Assembly: GCA_042565725.1 (NCBI GenBank)
Contig: JBHORK010000006.1
Location: 1,374-65,373 of the forward strand
Reading direction: 5' to 3'
Origin: Verrucomicrobiota bacterium
GTDB taxonomy: Bacteria > Verrucomicrobiota > Kiritimatiellia > UBA8416 > JBHORK01
DNA length: 64,000 nucleotides
Shown: one piece after another, positions 18,468 through 28,129 of the stretch
Position numbering within the stretch: the first letter of the stretch is position 1
How the letters are laid out: each line of letters starts with the position of its first letter
Made by a program: the position numbers and the translations under genes
The notes under the pieces: model-generated
The model's input: only the letters and a program-made list of their open reading frames with translations
What the model was told of the DNA's origin: nothing
Databases searched by the model: none

Positions 18468-19748
18468 ATGAGAAAACAAATTTATGTAACAGGCTTGATT
18501 CTTATTTTGGTTGCTTTCTGCTGTGCTAACGGAATAGCTGAAAAACCCACAGAAGAGGTAGTGAGCCTAAACCTGCAGGAAGCTATGCAGCGTGCAATAG
18601 AACATAGCGATGATATTGCTATCCTGCATGCAGCCATTGATGTGGCAAAGGAAAATAAGAATATACTTTACGATATTCAAGATCCTGAGATACGCGTTAG
18701 ATACGTGGAAGAACAAAACGATCAAGAATATCAAGCCTCGGCAAGATTCTTTCCTCCAAATCCATGGGTTATTTCCCAAAAGGCTTCCGCGGCAGATGGG
18801 GAAGTAAATGCGGTTATCGAAGATTCCAATAACCTTGAATGGATGCTTTCAGTCAGAGTCATGGAACTGGCGGCAGAAGTGGATTACCTGAGAAAAGATC
18901 TGGAATTGATAAGCAAACTCGTGAAGATATTTCAGACCACCCTTGAAGCAACCAGAAAAGGAACTGTGCATGGACAAATGACCATCCAGAATATTGCCCC
19001 TGTTTCTCGGCTTTACCTGGAAACAATTGCTGATCGGAATAAAGCAGCCCGACGCTATGATGAGAAGAATATCCAGCTCTCGACGCTGATTGGCATACCA
19101 GCAAAGAGATTCAAAATAAATATCGACGAAAGCAATTTCAAAACTGATTTTCCGGTATCCAACCCCGAAATAATATTTGCAAAGAATGTTATTTTCAAGC
19201 GTTCTGATCTGGCTGCTAGACGATGGAGAGTCCTGTCTGCTGAAAAAGCATATAAGGCTCAGAAAGCTGCAGCGATTCCATGGCTTCAGCATATACAATT
19301 GTCATATGCAAATAACCAAGAGGAAGCGACAGGCCAAACAGATGATTCCGAGGAGTGGCGCATTGAGGCAGCATTTAACATCCCGCTCTTTTCGTGGTGG
19401 AACAATTCTTCCAAACTACGATTTAAAGAGTACCAGATGGCCAAGACTATTGAAGCCAGTGCCATATCACAATGCTATGTTCAGTTTCGCAATGCTTTAG
19501 ACATGATGCAAAGCACAAAAGAAGCAAAGAGAAAATTTATGGAAGAGACAGGGCCTGTAATAGAAAACATGCAAAAGATTCTCCTTGAAGCAGAGCGTGC
19601 TGATTTTCTTCCCTCTGAATCTGCGAGAATCCGCGAACAATTACTGAAAACACAACGCGCAAAACTCCTCACTGAATTCGATTACCTTATGTCGGTTATT
19701 AATTTTGAAAAAACTATAGGTAAGCGTACAACCGAATTTGCTCGATAA
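18468..19748 (+). CDS. TolC-like outer-membrane efflux protein
   Basis: Signal peptide, LNLQEAMQRAIEHSDDI opening and a two-repeat helical architecture of ~420 aa. Confidence 0.75.
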   Translation: MRKQIYVTGLILILVAFCCANGIAEKPTEEVVSLNLQEAMQRAIEHSDDIAILHAAIDVAKENKNILYDIQDPEIRVRYVEEQNDQEYQASARFFPPNPWVISQKASAADGEVNAVIEDSNNLEWMLSVRVMELAAEVDYLRKDLELISKLVKIFQTTLEATRKGTVHGQMTIQNIAPVSRLYLETIADRNKAARRYDEKNIQLSTLIGIPAKRFKINIDESNFKTDFPVSNPEIIFAKNVIFKRSDLAARRWRVLSAEKAYKAQKAAAIPWLQHIQLSYANNQEEATGQTDDSEEWRIEAAFNIPLFSWWNNSSKLRFKEYQMAKTIEASAISQCYVQFRNALDMMQSTKEAKRKFMEETGPVIENMQKILLEAERADFLPSESARIREQLLKTQRAKLLTEFDYLMSVINFEKTIGKRTTEFAR

Positions 19749-19795
19749 CTAACAGGCCATTTGGGGTCACCAGAATCAACATCAATGTTGATGTA

Positions 19796-20071
19796 TCACT
19801 TCAAACCCGCAGACTGTCTTTCCTTAGGCAAATACTTGAAATACAATGTCAGGTCGATTGCCACCATGACGAAATTCAGTGAATAAAGCGCAATTATCCA
19901 ATCCCGAGAGTACAGCAGTTTATGAGTTAATCCGCAAAGATAGCCGAGACACAGGATTACCATGAAGAGCGGACTCTTGCCCGAAACTACTTTTGTGCGA
20001 ATAGATTTTGCGATCGAAATTGGCCAACTGACACCGAAACATATCAACATGGCCGCTTCAAAAACACTCAT
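19796..20071 (-). CDS. Small 3-TM membrane protein (PQ-loop / SemiSWEET-like, tentative)
   Basis: 91 aa with three hydrophobic helices. WPISIAKSIRTKVVSGKS resembles a PQ-loop motif. Confidence 0.45.
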   Translation of the reverse strand: MSVFEAAMLICFGVSWPISIAKSIRTKVVSGKSPLFMVILCLGYLCGLTHKLLYSRDWIIALYSLNFVMVAIDLTLYFKYLPKERQSAGLK

Positions 20072-20148
20072 GTCAATTTATTCTCCTCTGTTAGACACAG
20101 CTTATAGATGTGCGGTATACGCTTCCCGAGACATCGCCGAATATAGGT

Positions 20149-20703
20149 TCAGAATTCCTCATAAAACGCAACCAAAGGTAAATCGTCTGAATTATAACAA
20201 TTCGGCAGTAACACCTGATTATCAGAACCGGTAAATATAGCTCCGCCTGCCACTCCTACAGGCTTAACACTACTATAGACCCGCGCCAAAGGATTCGGCG
20301 ATTCCGGTATAATCTCCCTTGTGCGTGACCAGGATACGGTGGTACCGGCGGTACCCATATTAGACTGTCCACTGCATAACCAGACTTCGCCAATAAGAAT
20401 ATCCTTAACTCGCAGAGTATTATCTCCAACAACAACCAGTTCCTTTCCCTTGGCATTCACCTTCATTGCCTTGAGATCAAAACGCCATAACCCGTCTGCA
20501 TCAGCTTTCGCAGAATGTCGTTGACCCGCAAAACTGACTGAAATCTTTTCACCGAGTTTGCCTGTACCCCATACGGGCACCGCCTGCTCACGCTGAAACA
20601 CCGCATGATCAGCAAACACCTCGGGCAGCTCGACCCCGAAAAGAGGCGCAGGAGCCAGAACGTTCAGAGTAATACAGCAAAGTAGAACAGCATAGAGCCT
20701 CAT
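20149..20703 (-). pseudogene. Truncated sialate O-acetylesterase (SGNH) N-terminal remnant
   Basis: Signal peptide and LPEVFADHAVFQRE...ILIGEVWLCSGQSNMG match the N-terminal ~190 aa of enzymes that are usually about 480-650 aa. The ORF stops at ...LVAFYEEF. Confidence 0.6.
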
Positions 20704-20861
20704 AACAGTTACCCTTTTTTGTTGAGTTGACAGTTGCATAGTATTCAATTACTTCTTTTACTTTATCAACTATTTTGTCAAACTGCGAATGATAAATGCG
20801 TTCTAGTTACTTCTCAGTCGGTTTTAAAAACATAATGTTCAAATATGGAAGGATTTAAAAC

Positions 20862-21851
20862 ATGACGGAAAAATGGAGAGTGTTTGCGGCGGCGGTCTGC
20901 GGTTTAGTTGTTATCTGTTTAAGCGGATGTATGATGGTCGACCTGTCCAGCCTCATGACCGGCGAACTCAAAGAAATTACGCTGACGAAAAGCAAGGGCT
21001 GGGGTGTATCGGACAAAATACTACTGCTTGATATCAGCGGCGTCATAGTCGGCAAATCGGACGGCGGCCTTTTGAGCGACAGCGGATGCACACCCGACTA
21101 TGTAAAAGCAGCCCTCAACAAAGCCGTAAAGGACCCCAACATCAAGGCCATTGTTCTGCGTATAGATTCGCCGGGCGGAGAGGTGTCGGCTATCGATAAT
21201 ATCAGCCATGAAATCAAGCAGATCAAAAACAAAACAAAGCTTCCGGTTTATTCCATGATCATGGGACTCGGATGTTCAGGCGGATATCATGCCGCCTGTG
21301 CGGGCGATCGGATCTACGCTCAGCCGTCGGCAACCGTAGGAAGCATAGGAGTGATCCTGTCTATTCCGAAAATAGCGAAACTGGCGGATAAAATAGGTTT
21401 GGAAATGGTTATTGTCAAATCGGGAAACATGAAAGATATCGGAAACATGTTCCGCGACTTGACTCCGGAAGAAAGTGAAGTACTCCAGCTGATGATAACA
21501 GAACATTATCATCAGTTCATGGACTGGATTATCGATTCAAGACCCGCATTAAAATCGCGTGATCAACTTAAACCCATTGCTGACGGACGCATCTACACAA
21601 GCGCGCAGGCATTGGAACACAAACTCATCGACCGCATCGGGTATCTGGACGATGCTATTGCCGATATCAAAACCGCCGCAAAATTGAACAAGTACATGCT
21701 AGTAACATACAGCTATCGATCTTCCGAAGACGCCAACATCTATTCACCTGTCAGTCAACGCGGCCCGGCACAATTCAACATGGTGAATATTCCTTTGCCC
21801 ATAAGAATGCCTTCGGCAAAACCGGGGTTTTATTATCTCTGGCAGCCATAG
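20862..21851 (+). CDS. sppA: Signal peptide peptidase SppA (36K type)
   Basis: KAIVLRIDSPGGEVSA and GLGCSGGYHAACAGDRIYAQPSATVGSIGV (ClpP/crotonase-fold S49 motifs). Confidence 0.9.
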   Translation: MTEKWRVFAAAVCGLVVICLSGCMMVDLSSLMTGELKEITLTKSKGWGVSDKILLLDISGVIVGKSDGGLLSDSGCTPDYVKAALNKAVKDPNIKAIVLRIDSPGGEVSAIDNISHEIKQIKNKTKLPVYSMIMGLGCSGGYHAACAGDRIYAQPSATVGSIGVILSIPKIAKLADKIGLEMVIVKSGNMKDIGNMFRDLTPEESEVLQLMITEHYHQFMDWIIDSRPALKSRDQLKPIADGRIYTSAQALEHKLIDRIGYLDDAIADIKTAAKLNKYMLVTYSYRSSEDANIYSPVSQRGPAQFNMVNIPLPIRMPSAKPGFYYLWQP

Positions 21852-21880
21852 ACGTTGTCCAAAAAGATTTTGGACAACGT
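21852..21880. terminator. Bidirectional hairpin between convergent sppA and the lipoprotein gene
   Basis: ACGTTGTCCAAAA-AGA-TTTTGGACAACGT, a perfect 13-bp stem beginning 1 nt after the sppA stop. Confidence 0.65.
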
Positions 21881-21923
21881 ATGGTTAATGGTTGATGGTT
21901 CGGATAGTTCGGATGGCCTATAA

Positions 21924-22376
21924 TTACTGGTTGAGGCCCGGAAGGCCGGGCGTTCCTTCCCAAATCTCCCGCTGGGCCCAGGGAAGAGTTGTTGAGTCGC
22001 CATCGGAATCCGGCATGACAAAGAGCTTTACATTACCGGCCTTATCTATCTGAAAGAAAAGTCGGCCATTAAAATCCTGTCTCAGCGGCTTGTCAATCCG
22101 GACTTCTTTTACAACGGGTATTCCTTCTTTAGTCTTCCATCGCACCGTTGATACGGATGTCATGTCGTTTTCCATACCCTTGTAATTTGCTGTCGAATGC
22201 GCCCCGATTGCCTCCGCCCGGTAATACATAATTCCATCGGATTCCACAACCACATCCGTTACCGGATCGTCACCGGCATTGCCTACTATTATCCAACACC
22301 CTTTACCTGTAGTGCTGCAGCCGGCAAAAAGCATGGAACATAAAATGATTAATGCTACGGCTCTTTTCACTTGCAT
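21924..22376 (-). CDS. Hypothetical lipoprotein
   Basis: Lipobox LFAGC after a signal peptide. I recognise no family. Confidence 0.7.
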   Translation of the reverse strand: MQVKRAVALIILCSMLFAGCSTTGKGCWIIVGNAGDDPVTDVVVESDGIMYYRAEAIGAHSTANYKGMENDMTSVSTVRWKTKEGIPVVKEVRIDKPLRQDFNGRLFFQIDKAGNVKLFVMPDSDGDSTTLPWAQREIWEGTPGLPGLNQ

Positions 22377-22502
22377 ATCCTGATTCTCTAAAATATTTAC
22401 CCGGATTGTTTTATGTCAAACCTACACATTCCCAATAACATCAGACCGAAAAATCATATCATAGCCATTATAAAAAAGCCAATAATACAAACTGACATCA
22501 AT

Positions 22503-23804
22503 CTATCGTTTAAATGAAAATTCTATTTTCGTCTTGGCTAAAATACCGTCTATTTCTAATACAGGGTAGGCTAAAAAGTTTATGGGGCCCGAGACGGGTT
22601 CCGGGTCAACTTCAAGGTCGCGGCCCTGGCTGAATTCGAACCGATTAGCAGGATGATGCCCGAAGTAATAGATGCTTAAGGCGGTGTATTTGTCGCCTTC
22701 GCTGATATCCACCGGCCACCACTTACCTTCTGCATAAAACTCTGCCCAGCAATGATAACCATCCACACCACCGTCATTCCGCTCTGAGGGAAGCGCAGCG
22801 CCAATAGCAAAGCGCGCCGGAATGCCAGCAGCCCTGGCAAGAGCAATGAAATAAGAGTGAAAATCGGTGCAATTCCCATAAAGACTGCTGCAGGCATAAA
22901 CGGCGTCTCCCTTACCCCATCCTTCTCCATATTTCATGTACCGCATATGGTCAATAATATGATCATAGATAGCACGGGCACGTACAAGATCACCGCCCTC
23001 CCCGGTTTTGAGAATCTTGTCAACGATGACTTTGAACCTGTCGTTTACCGGTATCAGCCGATCGGCTTGCAGATACTTGCGCACATCGGTTAGAGCCTCC
23101 TCGTAAGCGCCCTTTTCCAGGCGTACTACATCAAAAATTATCTCAATCTTTTTCCCACTGCCTTCAGTACCCAGCGTCATAAAAACGACATTGTTGCCGT
23201 GTTTGCTGTCTTTCAGTATTTTGTAATTGGCCGGGGTCTTAATTGATTTCAGGGTAACAGTTTGAAACTTATCCGATTTAGGCATAGGCAGCCAGATACG
23301 GGCACTGCCGGTTATCTCAGGTAATGTTGCATTGTAACGGAACTCGAATTCATCCCGGCCATTAATGACCCCAAGCAGTTGATGAGATGCGCTGTCAACA
23401 GGAGCACGGCCCCAGGTTTTGTCAGGCTGCTGTTCCCACAAATATAAAGGTTGGCCATTTATCTTGTGTACCGTGGTTTCAGTGACAGACATTGACCCCG
23501 GCCTGCCAGCGAGAAAGAAATCGACATCATAGAATTCACCGTCAATACCGGCAAGATCTACACATGCAAAATGGCTTGTGGGACCCAGAGTCGCCAGATA
23601 TTCGACGTGGATACGTACGAGTTTGAGCTTAAGTTCCTTGTCTTTGAATGGAATCCTGAAGTAACCTTCACCAAGGCGAACCTGCTCTTCAATGTGCTTT
23701 TCAATACCAGCCTTGATGTCTCCCGTCACTACACCATAAAGCCCTTTTTCCTGCCGTTTTCTGCCGCAAGCCGGCAGCAGTAGACAAAAAAGGCCGACAA
23801 ACAT
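22503..23804 (-). CDS. Transglutaminase-like domain lipoprotein
   Basis: Cys-His-Asp core YGNCTDFHSYFIALARAAGIPARF...GYHCWAEFY...WWPVD. Starts at MFVGLFCLLLPACG. The longer tracked ORF overlaps the upstream small gene. Confidence 0.8.
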   Translation of the reverse strand: MFVGLFCLLLPACGRKRQEKGLYGVVTGDIKAGIEKHIEEQVRLGEGYFRIPFKDKELKLKLVRIHVEYLATLGPTSHFACVDLAGIDGEFYDVDFFLAGRPGSMSVTETTVHKINGQPLYLWEQQPDKTWGRAPVDSASHQLLGVINGRDEFEFRYNATLPEITGSARIWLPMPKSDKFQTVTLKSIKTPANYKILKDSKHGNNVVFMTLGTEGSGKKIEIIFDVVRLEKGAYEEALTDVRKYLQADRLIPVNDRFKVIVDKILKTGEGGDLVRARAIYDHIIDHMRYMKYGEGWGKGDAVYACSSLYGNCTDFHSYFIALARAAGIPARFAIGAALPSERNDGGVDGYHCWAEFYAEGKWWPVDISEGDKYTALSIYYFGHHPANRFEFSQGRDLEVDPEPVSGPINFLAYPVLEIDGILAKTKIEFSFKR

Positions 23805-23865
23805 TAAAACACTTGCCTGAGAAATGTTAATATTTGATCGGCCTTGTATCATTATACGAAACGGC

Positions 23866-24024
23866 CTAATGGGCCGGATGATCTTTAGGCTTGGCATCAG
23901 CAGGATGTTCAACTGTCGCTTTCTTCTCTGGGGCTACGACTTCATCTTTCTTGCTGCATCCAACAAGACTCACGGAAAGCATTGCTACGGCTAGCAGTGC
24001 TGCAATGGCGTGTACCAATTTCAT
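23866..24024 (-). CDS. Small lipoprotein (52 aa), not in the ORF track
   Basis: My translation is MKLVHAIAALLAVAMLSVSLVGCSKKDEVVAPEKKATVEHPADAKPKDHPAH*. It has a signal peptide and the lipobox LVGC. Confidence 0.45.
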   Translation of the reverse strand: MKLVHAIAALLAVAMLSVSLVGCSKKDEVVAPEKKATVEHPADAKPKDHPAH

Positions 24025-24191
24025 GATGTTTCCCTATTTATATTATTTATAACAATAGAAACAATAAACTTTTAAGCACAAAGTGTCTAGCACTAACATG
24101 CGCGACAGCGCCGAAGAATCCGATTCGCTTTACAGCGCAGTCGGCTCAGCAAAGGTAAATTCATATCATTACGAGACGATCAGAAGAAGAA

Positions 24192-25994
24192 TCATGAAGA
24201 AGAGCTTGTTCTTGGCGGTTTAGGGATTTTACGCAGACGAATATTCTTAGGCGTTACTTCTACAAGTTCGTCGTCGTTGATATAAGAAATGCATTCCTCA
24301 AGACTCATTACATCCGGCGGTGTCAGAATAACATTTTCATCCGAACCGGCAGCACGCATGTTGGTAAGCTGTTTCCCTTTAGCCGGATTTACGGTCAGAT
24401 CATTATCTCTGCAATGTTCTCCTATTATCTGACCTTTATAAACTTTTATGCCGGGACCCAGAAACAGCTTGCCTCTCTTCTGAAGATTGAACAACGCATA
24501 AGCTATGGTTGTGCAATTTTCCATAGCAACAAGTACACCGTTGCTTCTGTTACGCATTTCTCCCGCATGTTCCCCGTATTCCAGAAAGATATATGTCAAC
24601 ACGCCCATTCCCTTGGTGTCAGACATGAATTCCGACTTAAAACCGAGGAGCCCCCTCGTGGGAATCCTGTATTTGAGCCGTACCATATCATTGTCTTGAT
24701 TCATTTCGAGCATCTGCCCTTTTCGTGCCCCTAGCTTTTCTATAACGTTTCCCAGAAAATCGGATCCAACGTCAATTGTCAGTTCTTCATAAGGCTCAAG
24801 AGTCTTTTTTCCTTCCTGCCGATAAATAACCCTCGGACAGCTGACCTGGAACTCATACCCTTCACGTCTCATGGTTTCAATCAGAATTGATAAATGCAGC
24901 TCACCCCTGCCCGACACTTTATATCCGCTGCCATCCGTAAGGTCTTCTACTTTCAGCGCAACATCGGCCAACGCTTCCTTCTGGAGCCGTTCAGCAAGAT
25001 GTGTCGATGTCACATAAGTTCCTTCCGTGCCGGCAAATGGAGAATTATTGGCAATAAAATTCATTGATAATGTCGGTGGGTCTATTTCAGTCGCAGGCAG
25101 AGGGATGGGATTATCCGGATCGGTATATGTATCGCCTATAGAAACGTTATCCATACCGGCCACGGCGACTATTTCTCCCACACCGACAGAATCCGCCTCA
25201 ACTTTTTCGTTACATGAGAATCTGTATACCTTGGTAATTCTGACAGGTGCCATATTATCCACTGTTTTCCCAACAGCTACGGACATTCCCGGCCTGATGG
25301 AGCCGGATACAATTTTGCCTATACCCAGTCTTCCCAAAAAAGGCGAATGATCTATCGTATTGACCTGAAGCTGCAAGGGCCCATTGATGTCACCGGAAGG
25401 AGCAGGAATATATTCCAATATTGCGTCGAGCAAAGGCCGCATATCTTTGCCATGTTCATTATGGTCAATTGAGGCGTGCCCCCCTGAAGCCGAAGTGTAG
25501 ACGATGTGAAAATCCAGTATATCATGCGGAGCATCAAGCTTCACAAAAAGATCAAAGATCTGATCAACTGCCCAGGCGGGCCTGGCGGCGGGCTTATCGA
25601 TTTTATTCAAAACAACAATGATTGGAAGATCCTGTGCCAGCGCTTTTTTCAGTACAAAAAATGTTTGCGGCATGGGCCCCTCCTGCGCATCTACCAGGAG
25701 CAATGCGCCATCAGCCATTCTCAGCACACGTTCAACCTGACCCCCGAAATCAGCATGACCGGGAGTATCGATGATATTTATGGTATGGTGCTTGTATTCG
25801 AATGAACCATTCTTGGACGCTATAGTAATACCGCGTTCACGCTCCAAATCCATTGAATCCATCAAACGTTCGTTCACCGTCTGATTTTCATGGAACATAC
25901 CGCTCTGCTTGAACAGCTCATCAACAAGTGTTGTCTTGCCATGATCTACGTGCGCTATTATCGCAATGTTCCTGATTTGATCCGCTTTTATCAT
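24192..25994 (-). CDS. typA: Translational GTPase TypA/BipA
   Basis: IRNIAIIAHVDHGKTTLVD, DTPGHADF, NKIDK and EF-G-like domains. 600 aa. Confidence 0.95.
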   Translation of the reverse strand: MIKADQIRNIAIIAHVDHGKTTLVDELFKQSGMFHENQTVNERLMDSMDLERERGITIASKNGSFEYKHHTINIIDTPGHADFGGQVERVLRMADGALLLVDAQEGPMPQTFFVLKKALAQDLPIIVVLNKIDKPAARPAWAVDQIFDLFVKLDAPHDILDFHIVYTSASGGHASIDHNEHGKDMRPLLDAILEYIPAPSGDINGPLQLQVNTIDHSPFLGRLGIGKIVSGSIRPGMSVAVGKTVDNMAPVRITKVYRFSCNEKVEADSVGVGEIVAVAGMDNVSIGDTYTDPDNPIPLPATEIDPPTLSMNFIANNSPFAGTEGTYVTSTHLAERLQKEALADVALKVEDLTDGSGYKVSGRGELHLSILIETMRREGYEFQVSCPRVIYRQEGKKTLEPYEELTIDVGSDFLGNVIEKLGARKGQMLEMNQDNDMVRLKYRIPTRGLLGFKSEFMSDTKGMGVLTYIFLEYGEHAGEMRNRSNGVLVAMENCTTIAYALFNLQKRGKLFLGPGIKVYKGQIIGEHCRDNDLTVNPAKGKQLTNMRAAGSDENVILTPPDVMSLEECISYINDDELVEVTPKNIRLRKIPKPPRTSSSS

Positions 25995-26296
25995 CCTGCC
26001 TTCTTCGCTTAAGAGATTGCTTTATAAACCGGAGGCGGGCGAATTGATAACAGGAATCAAACAATAATGCAACAAGTAGTATCACTATTGTCCGGTAAGC
26101 CGGACAGCAGTGAATGGTTAATGATTGATGGTTAATGGTTTATGGAGATCATCAAGATGCATCGATTTAAACTCAAGAAGAACACTGAAGAAGGGCTGAT
26201 TCATGGAATTGTCGATCATTTTGAGGTGTTCGGCATAGTTATCCCGCCTCGGCGGGAGCAAACACTTCCGCACTGTGAACTCATGCAATGTTCAGG

Positions 26297-26998
26297 CTAT
26301 TTATCTTTTTTCTTTTTCTTTTTCGGCTCTTTTTTATCCGGGTCTTTTCCCTCTGATTTTTCCTCACCAATTACTTCTACGTCCCTTATATCAAACTTTC
26401 TCAAGCCAGGCCCGCTGGTAAGTCCGTAGCCTATAAACCTGCATCTCTTGCCCACAAGAGATGTTCCTCTGGGCATCTTTTTCCTGTTAGGATACGTTAC
26501 TTTATCGCCCGCGTCGGTTACCGCCCAGATATTCTTTCCTTCTGCCACAACCGTGCCTTCGAAAGCCTTCATGCCGGGAGGACACCCTTTACCCCCTCCT
26601 CCTGCCCCGCTTGCTGTTTTTTCCGGCGCTTTCTTCAAACCTGTTACCCTGAATCCTGATATAGAGTTCTTGGTGATCGTTCCAATACCTGTAGCTTCAA
26701 CTCTCATGTCTAGAAAGTCTTCTGTGTTTATAGCGGTCTTGCCAAATCCTATCTTTCGATTTAAGCGAACTTTATTACCCTTATCGTCTACCAGCCAGAA
26801 TGCGAAACCGTCTTTTTTAACTGTACCTTCGATAATTGTCGGCTCGCTTCCTGTTTTTCCCTCTTTTATCGCTCCTCTTTGCAGCTCGAATTCTTCCAGC
26901 CTGCTGATGCCGGTACCTCCAACACACACAACTGCTGAACCTGCCGCTAATGAGAACACAAATCCTGCAACCAATACCCTTAACAACAAACGCTTCAT
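26297..26998 (-). CDS. Secreted lysine-rich repeat protein, paralog 2 (two modules and a poly-Lys C-terminal tail)
   Basis: MKRLLLRVLVAGFVFSLAAG signal, IIEGTVKKDGFAFWLVDDKGNKVRL...AINTEDFLDMRVEATGIG module, and a C-terminal KKEPKKKKKKDK tail. Confidence 0.85.
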   Translation of the reverse strand: MKRLLLRVLVAGFVFSLAAGSAVVCVGGTGISRLEEFELQRGAIKEGKTGSEPTIIEGTVKKDGFAFWLVDDKGNKVRLNRKIGFGKTAINTEDFLDMRVEATGIGTITKNSISGFRVTGLKKAPEKTASGAGGGGKGCPPGMKAFEGTVVAEGKNIWAVTDAGDKVTYPNRKKMPRGTSLVGKRCRFIGYGLTSGPGLRKFDIRDVEVIGEEKSEGKDPDKKEPKKKKKKDK

Positions 26999-27211
26999 GG
27001 AGTTTCTCCTTCTCTTAAACCACTACCTATGCAAACCTGTATTAAGAACCAAATTAAGGCATATATCATATCTTATCTGCTCTTTTTTAAAAAGATCATT
27101 TTTTCGAGTAGGCGAAACGACAAGAGCCCGCCAAGATTGAAAATAAGATTAAAAATAATACTGCACAAACAAGAAATATCGTGCTATTTTAACAAGAAAA
27201 AGGAAAATATT

Positions 27212-27991
27212 ATGCTTAATATAATCAAACATTTCTTATCTTTACTGGCTTTGACGCTGGTATACTGCATCGCAACAGGGCTGACAACAAATGCATCCGC
27301 GGAAGAACCCGAGGGATGGGACGCCGGCTTAGCCCTTGGCGTCAGCACGACATCGGGCAATAGTGAAACTCTAAGCGCAAATGCCAGTCTAACCGGAACG
27401 AAAATCACCGACAAACACGAACTGCGCCTGGGAGCGGAAGGCTCTTACGCAGAATCAGAACTGGAAGTGGTATCGGACGGAACAACAAATACCATTGATG
27501 AGACAACAGCACAAAACGCGAAAGCCTACGTAAACTACAAAAGAAAATTCGGGGCACTATACGGCTATTCTGACAACAGCATCTTTCACGATGATCCTGC
27601 TGCAATAGATTATCGATTAATGACAGGACTTGGAGGAGGAGGCTACATCATTCAAACTGACAGCACAAAACTGGGGATCGAAACCGGCGCAACGTATATC
27701 AATGAGGAATTGACCACTGGCGAAGATGATGACTATATTGCTGTCCGCTTTGCGGCACGTCACGACCAAGCCCTCAGTGAGACGTCAAAGATATGGGAGT
27801 CTCTTGAGTATCTTCCCAGAGCGGATGACTGGGATGATTATCTGTTCAACGCTGAGGCCGGTATTGAAGCCGCCGTTAATACGACAGTAAGCCTTAGAGT
27901 TGTTATCCAGAATCGATACGACAGTGAGCCGCCCGCAGACATAGACAACAACGATCTGTCAATTATCGGTTCCTTCGTATACAAACTATAA
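27212..27991 (+). CDS. DUF481-family outer-membrane beta-barrel protein (YdiY-like)
   Basis: Signal peptide then GWDAGLALGVSTTSGNSETLSANASL...; alternating beta pattern with C-terminal ...IGSFVYKL. Starts at an ATG with the RBS AAAAGGAAAA. Confidence 0.7.
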   Translation: MLNIIKHFLSLLALTLVYCIATGLTTNASAEEPEGWDAGLALGVSTTSGNSETLSANASLTGTKITDKHELRLGAEGSYAESELEVVSDGTTNTIDETTAQNAKAYVNYKRKFGALYGYSDNSIFHDDPAAIDYRLMTGLGGGGYIIQTDSTKLGIETGATYINEELTTGEDDDYIAVRFAARHDQALSETSKIWESLEYLPRADDWDDYLFNAEAGIEAAVNTTVSLRVVIQNRYDSEPPADIDNNDLSIIGSFVYKL

Positions 27992-28129
27992 TCAATTTGA
28001 GAAGTTTGCATCGCAAACGGTTTACCTGTCCGCAAAGTGAAGTATGGTTAAGTATTACAGAGGTTACAGGCTACAAGGGTTACAGGCAGGAAAAGAGACG
28101 CCGCAACCGTTTGACGATAGCCGTTCAGG

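Noticed and set aside
26142-26429. 95-aa plus-strand ORF upstream of typA
   Set aside because: Its second half is antisense to the poly-Lys tail of paralog 2, giving a poly-Phe run. Its first half has no RBS or recognisable motif. It probably arises by chance in a spacer.
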